A DNA stretch of 64,000 bases from Nemertoderma westbladi (Eukaryota; Animalia; Xenacoelomorpha): contig JAUCBJ010007084.1 of the NCBI GenBank assembly GCA_032718475.1, positions 1-64,000 on the forward strand. The letters are read 5' to 3'. Below the pieces are notes generated by a model. That model did no database searches. It was given only the letters and a program-made list of their open reading frames with translations, and was not told the origin of the DNA. A program made the translations under genes and the position numbers. Each line of letters starts with the position of its first letter. The first letter of the stretch is position 1. Below are positions 50,001-62,134 of this stretch, piece by piece.

Positions 50001-52640
50001 CTTTGTCAGAGAATCCCCTTGAGCGTCCAGTCTTACCTTCACTCGAAAGTTGTCTGTGTTTGGGTCCCAAAAGAGCCCCAACACCTTGGTCATTGGTAGT
50101 GGTTCAAACTCTAAGTCAATGTCACCACCCCCACGTTCAGTCGTTTTGAATGAATTTACTAATTCGGCACTGTTTGAGGCAAACTTGGTGAGGTTAAAAC
50201 CTCCACCTGCTAAACAGTCCCGTAATTGATGTGCTACTGTTATAGCACGTTCTACTGTGTCACAACTTTGTAATCCATCGTCCACATAAAAATCTCGTTC
50301 TACGATCTGGATTACCTCTGGGTCATACTTATGTTTCTGGTCCCTAGCGGTCTGCTTCAGGGTGTACATAGTACAATTTGGGCTGTCTCTGGCACAGAAA
50401 ACGCGAACTTGCATTTGGTAAGTCGCCGGTGGTTGACTTAAGTCTCCATCCGGGTACCAGAGGAACCTCAAACTGTCTCTGTCTCGCTCTAACGCTCGCA
50501 CTTGGTGAAACATGGCTTTGACGTCGCAAGTAAATGCTACTTGGCGTTGACGGAAGCGCATAATCACGCCCATGAGATAATTATTTATGTTTGGTCCATC
50601 CATTAGCTCACTATTGAGAGACATTCCCTCAAACAGAGCCACACAGTCATTAACTACACGTAATTTGTCAGGTTTATCGGGGTGTCTCACGTAGTGATGT
50701 AGTAAATAGTATGTCTGGTCTGTCCCAATCTCTGGGTTAGTCATTCTGCTAGCGTACCCTTTTGTCAAATACGTCTCCATCTGGGTATTGTACTGCAGAT
50801 GGGCTTTCTCGTCCTTCAATAAACATTGTCGTATTGAGTTTAGACGTCTTAAAGCTAGCGGATAATTATTTATAAGTTTAGGACGCTGGTTACGCCATAA
50901 CATCCCTACCTCATAATGTCCGTCTTCCGTCTGGCGGATAGTATCTTCCATGATCTTTAAAGATTGTTTCTCTTATTCCGATATACATGGTTCGTAACTA
51001 CCAGGTTTGGCTGTATCTTGCTCCAACCATCTGATAGTTTTCTCTGTTAATTCTTTGTCTAGTGCCGCTTGTTCCACTTGACAGTGTCTTAAGGTTTCGT
51101 CATCTACGGGCGTTGTTAAGGTTATTGGTTTAGGTAGACTCGCAAGCCTTCCGGCGTTATCATCTGTCGTTGATGGAACCTCTGCCTGACTCCGCTCCTT
51201 CTCAATCTCTACACTAACCTTGTGGATTGGCTGCTCTCTGTGACTTATTGTATTCGCTACACACGACGTACCTATAACGTTGTCGTGTTTTGTCGAATGT
51301 AGTGTAGTATAGTCTCTGTCGTGTGAAAAGGAATGAGTTGAAGTTGTGGTACATCAACTTCATGTACTTTGCACATCGTCTTCCACATCACTTATATCTA
51401 GTGTGCGCACAGGCGCTCGAGTATACCAACCTATCGGAGTTCGACAGGCGTAAGCGTTTCCTGCTACAACTACCGATGGTCTGGTTTCCCACACTTGATG
51501 TAAGTTGAATTGGTCTGTCCCAATCAGCATTGCTACTGATCTATAGTTAACCGGACATTCAGGTACACCAAGGTGTCTAAAATACTTACAGTCCTCCAAA
51601 GATTGTTCTGGCACTGGACCTAGTAGATTACTAAAGTCCTTAGTGGCCGCAAAAGTTAAATCCTTAAAGGGTAACAAAGACCTCTCCTTTTTGCTATGTT
51701 GCGATTTCGGAAGAAGAGTGTCTAAGTTTAACTTAACTCTAGTCACTGGTATTGCACATTGTCCATGCATACTACTTATGGTATATCTGATGTGCTTACC
51801 TTGTCTAAGGTCCGTCACGACGTCGGCTACCTTCTCATCCACGTAGCTGTGAGATGAGGCTGAATCTAAAATAGCGTAGATCCGTTTGCTCCCTTTTGTG
51901 CCCGTAATCCTAACAGGAATTACGCTAAATCCCTTCAGTTGGTCAGGCGTCAGAAGCGCAATCGATGGTTGTTCGTCTCCATCTGAGTATATGTCGTCGT
52001 CTTCGGATTCTTCATCAGAAGTCCCGGATTGTTCTGGGAAACAATCCCGAATATGCGTCACGAAAGTTGGTGTTGTTTTTGATTCTCGATTCTTGTATGC
52101 CATGTTGCATTTTGCTGCAGCTTCCGGGTGTTCCCTGGTGAAGCGTTTTGTCGGCGTATGACTATCCGTGTGGAGCAAACCGTCATGGTTGCGTCCACAG
52201 GAAGGACATGTGTCCGTATTTGGGCAGTCCTTACGGACATGTCCATGTTGCGTACACCTCCAACAAGAATCCAATGGCCGTATCTGTAGTCTTCGTTCTT
52301 CCGAGTTTAACTCGTGAAACAGTCGACATCCTCTCAACTTGTGACTAGTATGCCGCTTACCGAGCCGCTCGCAGTATTGGCAACCGCTAAAGTCGGCACT
52401 CAGTTGCTGCCTAGTCTGTCTGATCCCAATGGGTGCGGACACTTTACTACCGTCAGAAAATTGTCGGGTTTCTGTCGGTGTAGCGTAGGTGGCTGTCCTT
52501 GTGGATGTCGTCGGTGGTTTTTGTCGGTTGGATGATGGTAAGGTGATTCCTTCTGCTACAATGTGTTGGTCGGTGTAGTTAGATCGAGTCTCCACCACTG
52601 CTTCCCTAGATATTAATAGGTACACATCCTCCAATTTCAA
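47027..52640 (-). pseudogene. pol: Element B pol (PR, RT, RNase H, integrase), fragmented
   Basis: AILDSASSHS, FYVDDGL, LHCFSDAS, NPAD, HLHLKHAG/CIIC, GIDCFGP, SDQGTNFVG, WERLIRSIK; several frameshifts and stops. Confidence 0.93.
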
Positions 52641-55600
52641 AAATCCACCCCTTTCTTCCCGCTGATACTCGATTTTCCTCCACTCCCGACGAAGTCGATG
52701 GTGTAGTCTCCCTATGATTTTTAATAGGACTGTAGGGGTGTTTCCGTAATCGAGTTGTCCAATAGATCGTAATGTAGTGATAGCGTTCTTGATTTCGTCA
52801 GCTAGTTTCAGTAAGTCGACGGGTTTAGTAATAGCCCCCCCCCCCCTTACAGAGTTCCTCTATTACTGACTTGGCCGTGCTTACCGTACCTCCGTAGATT
52901 GAAGTTAAGCAATTGTATGCTAACTCGAAGGCATCTGGTACACCAACGAAAGTCTCTGCTAAACCTTTGAGTTCTCCCGTCAATGTTTGAAGCAGGTAGT
53001 TAAACTTTTCCCTTGATGTAAAAGCGCACGCAGCAATTTGAGATTCGATGTAGTCTACGAATGTGTGCCAATGTTTGGAGTTACCGGAAAACTTAGGTGG
53101 TTGTTGCACCGGTAGTCCTTGTCTAGCTGCGAATTTAGCTATCTCCTCGGCTACGTTCAAAGTTTCGCATCCTTGGTTGGCAATCGAGTTGATGTTCTCC
53201 CGTCTTGGCTCTTTCCTTTGATACGAGGTGTTTCTTGAAGGTATCACTCTTTGCGGATCCTTTGGGTTTCTATTGTGTTCGAATTCGGTATTTCTCGAAC
53301 TATCGGTTTGAAATTCCTCTAAGCGTTCCTCAATCTGGGCCAACTTGTTGACAACTGGTCGCATTAGGTCGGCGAATTGTTGCGTACTAATTGCGTCCGT
53401 TGGTTGTAACGCTTTCTGTGTTGGTGTATTTTGTGGAGGATCATTTATAAAGGAGTTATCTGAACGCTCACGTTTGCATTCATCAGCCGCTCCTGTTCTA
53501 AACACCTCGCGTTCGGGGTAATCCGACTCGCTTGAAGTACTACTATCACCTGGATACGGTGGCCGACGTGCTTGCGTCCCTTGTGTTGTCCGAATTCTAA
53601 CATTCCGTTTGGAAACATCGTCTACTGGTCTCCGTCATTCGGTAGGCTCACAAGTCTTCCTCGAAGTCGTAGATTGCGATGTAAACTGATTAAGCGGTCG
53701 CGTGTCTACTGGTCTCCATTGTTTGGTAGGCTCACAAGTCTTCCTCGAAGTCGTAGATTGCGATGTAAACTGGTTAAGCGGTTGCGTGTCTACTGGTCTC
53801 CGTTGTTCGGTAGGCTCAGAAGTCTTCCTCGAAGTCGTAGATTGCGATGTAAACTGGTTAAGCGGTCGCGTGTCTACTGGTCTCCGTTGTTTGGTAGGCT
53901 CACAAGTCTTCCTCGAAGTCGTAGATTGCGATATAAACTGAAACGCTGGTCGCGTAATGGCGTTTGCGTCTAAAGTCCTCGTAGGTCTAAACACAATTGG
54001 ATCTGCGTTGTGCGTGACCGGTTTCGGTGTCGAAGGTTGACTCACCTGTTTAGTCGTCAGTAATGCAGTCCCTGCCAATAAACTACTACGATCTGTAATC
54101 GGTGGGTTACTTACCTTGACTTTCGGAATAGGCGATGACGTTGCTCTTGGCGGTACAAACTTGTCCGGAATAACATAACTGTGTTCCGTCGCATCGTGTA
54201 TAGGAGATATACTGCTACTACCCGCAATCGAAACAGGTCCTTTGTTCGTAATTGGTGCAAACATTGGAGTTACTTGAGGAAATCGTTGACACAAATCTTT
54301 AACCAATTCCCGTTCTTGCTCAGGTGCTCCTACGCTTCCTTCCTTCATCCGTTCCTGAATTTGACAATGCCTTACCTCTATCCGGTCTAGATCGTGTCCG
54401 TCTCGAGATCTCATCGATCGATCGCGGGCTTGAAGATCCAGATCTTCATTGGCATTGGCTAATTCTCTCGCCTTCCTTTCGAGTTCGAAATGAAGTTTAA
54501 CTTCTTTCTCGTGTTGTTCCGTCTGTTGTTGTTGCGCCTCGAACTCCGCTAGTCATATAGCTGATTGAGCCTTTATCTGTCGTTTTTTCAACTCGGCTCG
54601 AGCTTCCGAAACTCGCCTTTGTTCGTCCAATTCGGCTGTTGCCGCTTGTTTCTCCAACTTAGTGTGTTCGTCGCGCTAACTCAGCTTGTCGTTCCAACTC
54701 AGCTGTTGCTGCTCGTTGCGCTAACTCAGCTGCTGCTGTACACTGTGCTATTTCTAACTCTAACCTTTCCATCTCAGCTGCTTCTAGTTCTGCTGCTTCT
54801 TGCAGATGAGAGATTCTCGCAACATTTGCGACGCGTAGTTTCTCTTCCTCTACAGCTGCTTGTACCGTCAATAACTGAGTTTGTTCCTCGATTTCCCGTT
54901 GTTGTCTGTAGAACTGTTGTTGCTGTCGAGAAATTTCTGATGTTACCATACTTACCTCGCCAATTTCGCTGCGAATACTCACCAATGATTGATCCAGTAT
55001 TCCCGGTGCCAGGTCGATTTGTACGGGTGAAGTTTCCCTCGTAGCTTCTGGCACGGTTTCCAAATCGCCAACGTCTTCGCCGCACATACGTAAGTGATCC
55101 ATCAGGTATTTCAATTGTCCATCCAATCTGTACAGTTCTTGTTCTTCCTCGGGTTGTAACAGTTTGTCGGAAACTGACTCACCTAATAACTGGTCCGCTT
55201 GTTCCTGTTGTATCAGTCTAACGGCCGTCTTAAACTAAATTAGTTTCTCCCTAGCGATCATTAATTTCTCGAGGATCTTAAACTGTGTGTCCGTATCCTG
55301 TCTTTGTCTAGCTAGATCTTGTAGACTGATTAGGTTATCTACAGACTTATGTACTTTACTTTGTACTCTAACCTGTAGGGTGTAGAATTCGAACCGAGAC
55401 ATCGGAGCGGTCAACTTGTCTAATATGCGTTGGCCTTCTCCAATACTCCTGTTAATATGCGCCATGTATCCTCCGACGCTTCTAACAACGCTCTCTTGGC
55501 TTCCTACTGAACTTACCATGTCCGTTTCCCTGTATCTAGGTTGCGGAACAGTTAGAAAATCCTCGGTCCTGCCGTCGCCTCGTACTACGGCATCCGGTAC

Positions 55601-55747
55601 TCCCATTGGATGTACTGGTGACGCACACGGTGTAGGTTCGGTAGGCTCGCGAGTCTTCCCCTGTGGTTCTTCCGCTACTGACTTATCCGCGTCACATGAG
55701 TCATATTTGGTATGTGTATTCTTCGTATAGTCCTGTTTGTCACTCAT
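52200..55747 (-). pseudogene. gag: Element B gag, fragmented
   Basis: IAKFAARQGLPVQQPPKFSGNSKHW..EKFNYLLQ matches A gag; knuckles CQYC, CWRC, CPSC; coiled coil; multiple stops. Confidence 0.9.
53618..53940 (-). repeat. 84-bp (28-aa) in-frame tandem repeat in element B gag
   Basis: About 4 units; motif starts at 53643, 53727, 53811 and 53895. Confidence 0.95.
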
Positions 55748-56599
55748 TTCGGTAGTTGTAAGTCAAGTAAAGTATGAGTGTCAAAGTATCAAATTTACCG
55801 TATTTATATCTAAACGGTACTAATTACAGTCATATAAAATTAGCCTACCGGCCGATTTTATAGCAAATGGATAAAATTCGCCTAGCAGCCAATTTTACAG
55901 CAAATAAATGTCACGGAATAAGTATATAATAAAATTAGCCTATCGGCCAATTTTATAACAAATAAATCGGATAACGATATACGTTATCAAAATATAAATC
56001 AAACACAAATAATTACGGACTAATTCAGCAATAAACAAAGAAATCGTACAGAATGCATAAGTACTTTAGACAGTGAAACCCACAATAATTTTAACTAATA
56101 CGGTAATGCCTAACTGATTTATGCAACTTTTCAAACTTACCCACTCCAATAATTCTCCAGAAAAACAGATTCCCAGATACAAACCGGACGTGAACCTTTC
56201 CGTTTCCAGCGTTGCGGACGAAGTGCGATTTTTCCCAACCAAAGTTGTTGGGTTATCTATCTCCCAAACTTGCTAAACACGGTCTTTCTCTCGTTGCAGT
56301 CTAGAAATGAGCTCTGAATCCTGAAAAACAAAAGAGTTTGGTTTTACTTTTACGAAAATTTTGTACCGGTACAATATGGTATTTAAACCCTTTTTTTTAA
56401 ACACCGGTATTCAATTCCAAATATTTTACACGCGTTTCAAATCAAAATTTTTATTTCAAAATTAGCACTTAGCTAATCAAATACAAATTTGACCTCAAAA
56501 TACAAATTTTCAAACAATTTTAGTCCTACTAAACCGTAGTTCAGCAAAACATATTCCTACTAAATTAGGAAATATGTTAAATAATACCATATTCCTACG

Positions 56600-57483
56600 A
56601 AATGGAAGAGACGGGACTAATACCTGCAATGTCCTACTGTAAAGTCTGTGAATCAAAGCATAATACGACCTTCTCACCAAAACAGTAAACTCTAAGTAAA
56701 CAAACCTATTGCAGTATTGGTCTCTTATAACCGGTGAGGCAGAAAACAGCTGTCTAACCTTCAGGCGATGGGCGAATAACTAAGGATGATATTGCGGGTT
56801 GTCTCTTCCTACATTCCTCCGATGTTCCCGTCTATTGCTGCGGTCCGCTACCTAGCCTGCCATCCATCTTTCAGTTGGGTTCACCGTGGTGAAACATAGT
56901 AAAAGGCAGATGTGGCGAATACTTCTATCTTTATTACAAAATTTAAACGATAACTAATATACAATAACATTTACAAAGTTAAAGTAGTGAATAAGTGAAT
57001 AACTAAGTGAAGTATATAGAAGGTTACTATCAGATAACTAATGAACAAATTGCACCTTTTATAGCAAATTGGTGCTGCAAACAATCGAGAATATTCTATG
57101 AGTTATATTGGGTTTTAAAGATAATCATTGGTCCAGCAAACACATATCTTGTACGACATTGGTTACTATCAGATAACTGCAATCATATTGGTTAATCTAC
57201 CTTAAGCAGATGCAATTAAATCGTAGCGGTCAATTTGAATGAGTTGAAATTTAGCACAAAAAATAATTCGCACTTGCTAGGATTCGAACTCAACACCTAC
57301 TGAACGATTTTCCAGCGCATAACCGACTGAGCTACTGAACCACTTGATCAACATTGTACAGCTATAGCTATTGTATAGCTATAGTAAAGACAAATGAGGA
57401 CTTAATGTAATCTTTATAACAAGTTTATTCCAACAAATAAAATTTTTGAAAATCCACGGCTTTTATGAGGATATAATTCTATA
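56600..57483 (-). repeat. 5' LTR of element B (about 1 kb internally deleted)
   Basis: 56600-56749 matches 20227-20375 and 56909-57483 matches 21325-21794; the junction skips the mid-LTR seen in the other copies. Confidence 0.88.
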
Positions 57484-59639
57484 TTATCCTCAACACCTTT
57501 TCAACATGTATTTCATAAATCATCACATTGATTTCAGAAAGTTCTATTTGGGTTTCAGTTTTTTCATTGTGATTTCAAAATGTTACAATTTGATTTCAAT
57601 AAATCTATTTCAATTTCAGAATATACCATTTGTATTTAAACAAATACATTTCAATTTCAACATATGTCATTTGGATTCTAAAATTATCATTTCGATTTCA
57701 GAATGCGTCTTTTGGATTTCAAAAATTACATTACGATTTCAGATAAGGAAAGAATAATTTTGAAATATATCAAATGGAATTTATGAATCCCAATTACAAT
57801 ATTTTGAACTCAAAATGCTTATCTACTGTAATTACATTTTTAAATTACATTTTTCTTGCCGATGTAAAGGGAGTAGATCAAGGAGTCGTGGAGGAAAGGG
57901 GAAAAGAAAGGAAAGAGAGGAAGATCGAGAAGACCGAGAAGAAAGAAGAACCAACCAGTTGAAATGTAAAAAGACACTAAAGATTGCTACAATGAACGCA
58001 CGCACGATGAAACCACATAACAAACAGGGTGACATGGTCGCTCTGGCAATGGAATATAACATCGACATCATCTGCATCCAAGAACATCGGATTTGTCATG
58101 AAGACACTGCCATGAAGTACAATGACATTGGAAATGGATGGACGTTAGTAACAAGCTCAGCAGTAAGAAACTCGGCCAATGCATCAATTGGTGGAGTTTC
58201 GGGGTCAATCGGCAACAGTTATATGTTGCTACAGTCCAACCAATGCCTCAGAGCCAGAACAAGCAGTCAAGTTTTATGAAGAACTGACTGGACTTATAAA
58301 GGACATTCCGAAACACAATGTTAAATTCATTGCTGGTGACCTGAATGCCCAAATTGGCCCAGAAGACATCAAGGGTTATACCTATAACACCAGTTCCAAC
58401 AGAAATGGGTACTTACTTTTAGACCTAATGGAAGAATGTGAATTGATACCAACAAACAACACATTCGAAAAGAGTAAGGGGAAGCTATGGACCTTTCAAT
58501 ACCCTAATGGAACCAAAGCACAACTGGATTACATCCTCATAAACAAAAAGTGGAGAAACAGCATGATCAACTGCGAGGCATACAGCTCGTTCAACCTAAT
58601 TGGTTCGGACCACAGAATTGTGACTGCAGAGATCAGACTCAGTTTGAGAGCCAGCAAACCCAGGACAAGCAAGCAAATCAAATATGACTGGGAAAAACTC
58701 AGAACTGACAATGCTGTAAAGGATGCTTATACAGTAGTAGTTAAAAACCGCTTTGAAGCACTTCAGTCAATGGATGAAGACCAATCCACCAATTCAATAT
58801 ACCAGAATATAATAACAGCCCACAAGGAATCAGCTAAGAGGCATATCCTCCAGAAACCCAAACGAAAACAATATTTGCCATAGCAAAACTCTGAGGTTAC
58901 TTGTAAGAGAGAAGATCTTAAGATAGCCTACAAAGTTAAAACCGAACAACCAACAACCGAAAACATTAACAAGGTTGAGAAAGCTAAGGACGATCTTAAA
59001 TTGGCCTAAAACATCAGCCAGGAAAAGTACATACAGGATAAAACTGAAGCAATTACAACTGCTCACATACAGCAACAATCAAGACTTACCTGGCAAACTG
59101 TAAATGAGGTATCTGGTCGGAAAAGTTGTGCAAAGGGGCCCCTCAAAGCCGATAGTCCTGAAGAACGTGTTGGGAAGTGGAAAAATCACTTCAGCAACTT
59201 GCTTGGGCAGCCACCAAACATCGAGGTCAGCCCTACAAGGAAAATATATGACAAGACACTACCTATAGAAACAGGGGACTTCACACCTGCCGAACTCCAA
59301 AGAAGCATTAAAAGCATGTCCAATAATAAAGCGAGTGGATTAGATGAAATCCCAGCAGAGGTATGGAAAACCGGAGTGCTAAATAGACCATTATTGAATG
59401 TTTACAACCGGATGTTAAAAGGGGAAAAGCCACAACCAATTTGGACTAAAGGTCAACTAAAGCCTCTCCCCAAGAAAGGAGACCTCGGCATACCAACAAA
59501 CTATCGTGGGATCTGTCTGCTTGTGGTAGCTGCCAAAATATACAATAAAATGATTCTATATAGGATTAGGCCTCACATAGAGAAACTACTGCGTAAGAGC
59601 CAAAACGGATTTCGACCAAGTAGATCAACAATAGCTCAA

Positions 59640-60772
59640 ATAATAAGTGAATTGTTGTGGGGTGAGTGACGCGGTGAATTAAATATATAATGTAAATAGG
59701 ACAATATGATAATGCTCTCCATAGCGAAAAATATCAACCGACCCTGTTGGGGCTCGAACCCGGTACCTAGGTTTCAAACTTCTGGTTATCATCAGCCGGG
59801 TGAGTGTACTGAGCTACCAGGCCGGATGAATATTTCGTTATGGAGTGGAAGATCATATTAAGGCCATACAATCACTCAAAGTAAAGTACAACTTCCGTTA
59901 TTCCCGTGCTCTGCCAGAAATGGCAACCATGCCTCAAAGAATAACTATTATACAGTGTTGTAGAAACCACTGTAACCCCGTATGCCTGGCCCAGGCTGTT
60001 AGTTAATGATAATAAGTGAATTGTTGTGGGGTGAGTGACGCGGTGAATTAAATATATAATGTAAATAGGACAATATGATAATGCTCTCCATAGCGAAAAA
60101 TATCAACCGACCCTGTTGGGGCTCGAACCCGGTACCTAGGTTTCAAACTTCTGGTTATCATCAGCCGGGTGAGTGTACTGAGCTACCAGGCCGGATGAAT
60201 ATTTCGTTATGGAGTGGAAGATCATATTAAGGCCATACAATCACTCAAAGTAAAGTACAACTTCCGTTATTCCCGTGCTCTGCCAGAAATGGCAACCATG
60301 CCTCAAAGAATAACTATTATACAGTGTTGTAGAAACCACTGTAACCCCGTATGCCTGGCCCAGGCTGTTAGTTAATGATAATAAGTGAATTGTTGTGGGG
60401 TGAGTGACGCGGTGAATTAAATATATAATGTAAATAGGACAATATGATAATGCTCTCCATAGCGAAAAATATCAACCGACCCTGTTGGGGCTCGAACCCG
60501 GTACCTAGGTTTCAAACTTCTGGTTATCATCAGCCGGGTGAGTGTACTGAGCTACCAGGCCGGATGAATATTTCGTTATGGAGTGGAAGATCATATTAAG
60601 GCCATACAATCACTCAAAGTAAAGTACAACTTCCGTTATTCCCGTGCTCTGCCAGAAATGGCAACCATGCCTCAAAGAATAACTATTATACAGTGTTGTA
60701 GAAACCACTGTAACCCCGTATGCCTGGCCCAGGCTGTTAGTTAATGATAATAAGTGAATTGTTGTGGGGTGA
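59640..60772 (-). mobile_element. Retrozyme-like tandem array: 3 x 369 bp plus a 26-bp terminal repeat
   Basis: Unit starts at 59641, 60010, 60379 and 60748; the units look identical; each has a hammerhead between Pol III A and B boxes. Confidence 0.88.
59759..59800 (-). ncRNA. Type I hammerhead ribozyme (copies at 60128-60169 and 60497-60538)
   Basis: Minus strand cccgg-CTGATGA-taaccagaagttt-GAAAC-ctag-GTA-ccggg: stem I cccgg/ccggg, stem II aac/gtt, palindromic stem III acctaggt. Confidence 0.88.
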
Positions 60773-62134
60773 TGACTTTTGTGGACTTCAAGAAGGCATT
60801 CGACTCCATCCATAGAGGTAAAATTGTTGCTGGCATTGGATTGTTATATTGTGACACAGAAGCGCAGGTACTCTCACCAGATGGTGAAACTGAGTTTTTC
60901 TCAATCCTGGCTGGCGTACTGCAAGGTGACACATTAGCACCATTACTATTTGTAATTGTGCTGGATTACGCAATGAGGACGGCCACAAAGGGTGAAGATC
61001 TGGGATTCACACTTCAAGAACGCAGAAGTAGTAGATATCCGGTAACTACAGTCACAGACACCGACTTAGCGGATGACATCGCCCTGCTCTCTAATACGCT
61101 AGCAGATGCACAGCTTCTACTAAATAAAGTGGAGAGGGCTGCATAGGAGGTTGGATTGCATATAAATGCTACCAAGACCGAATTCATGACCTTTAATGTT
61201 GATGGAAACTTGACAACCATTGATAATAATCAACTAAGGAAGGTCGACGGCTTCCAGTACCTTGGATCATGGATAGAGAGTAGCAAAAAGGACATAGAAG
61301 TTAGGAAAGCAAAGGCTTGGGTAGCTCTATCAAAAATGGATACCATCTGGAAATCAGATCTCTCCAGGCACCTGAAGACTTAGTTCTTTCGAGCCACAGT
61401 GGAAAGTGTATTTTTATACGGGGGTGAGACCTGGACACTGACTAAATCACTTGAACAACGAATTGATGGTTGCTACACAAGACTACTAAGGGCAGCCCTA
61501 AACATCAGCTGGAGACAACACATGACAAACGCCGAGCTTTATGGTACAATACCACCTGTATCAACCACCCTCCGTGAACGCAGATTAAGATTCAGTGGGC
61601 ACTGCTGGCGAAGTAAAGACGAGGTCATACCCGATCTACTTCTCTGGCAGCCAACTCATGGAAAGCGTAGTCGTGGACAACCTGCCATAACATATATAGA
61701 TCAATTTGAAAGGGATACTGAACTTGGGAGAAACGAAATTGCGACAACTATGGAGAATCGGGAAGCCTGGAAGGATCTCATTTCCACTGTCCGAGTTCGC
61801 TCGACCTAGTAGTAGTAGTACTTGTATTTTAGATGTCCGAGGTAATAGATTTAATAAAAATAATTAAAGCAATATTAATTAAGGTGATCGGTGTTGGTAT
61901 ACTGCAGGTAGACCATAAATTAAACTTGGAAATCATTTGTTTTAGGACCGAATTGTCCGGGACCGAATTGTCCAGTTCCTGATAGAAACATAATTCGATG
62001 CAAAAATAAAATACTATGAAAATAAAATAACATATACTGTATTAATATGTATAATATACACCATAACCCTTAAATGCGCCTTGATTTATTGCCCTTAAAA
62101 GGCGCGTTATAAATAAATTATTATTATTATTATT

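Larger units (their letters stand above)
20226..57483 (-). mobile_element. BEL/Pao LTR retrotransposon B (outer, decayed) with accessory ORF3
   Basis: Direct terminal repeats 20226-21794 and 56600-57483; TTATC at 20221-20225 and 57484-57488; gag-PR-RT-RH-IN order with BEL motifs; PPT GGAGCGG at 21795-21801 (minus). Confidence 0.88.
57860..61820 (+). mobile_element. Near full-length decayed RTE-clade LINE (APE endonuclease + RT)
   Basis: LKIATMNARTM, CIQEHR, AGDLNA, QLDYIL, SDHRIV; KASGLDEIP, NYRGICL, QNGFR, DFKKAFDS, GVLQGDTLAP, LADDI; (tag)4 tail at 61807-61820; stops and frameshifts. Confidence 0.93.
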
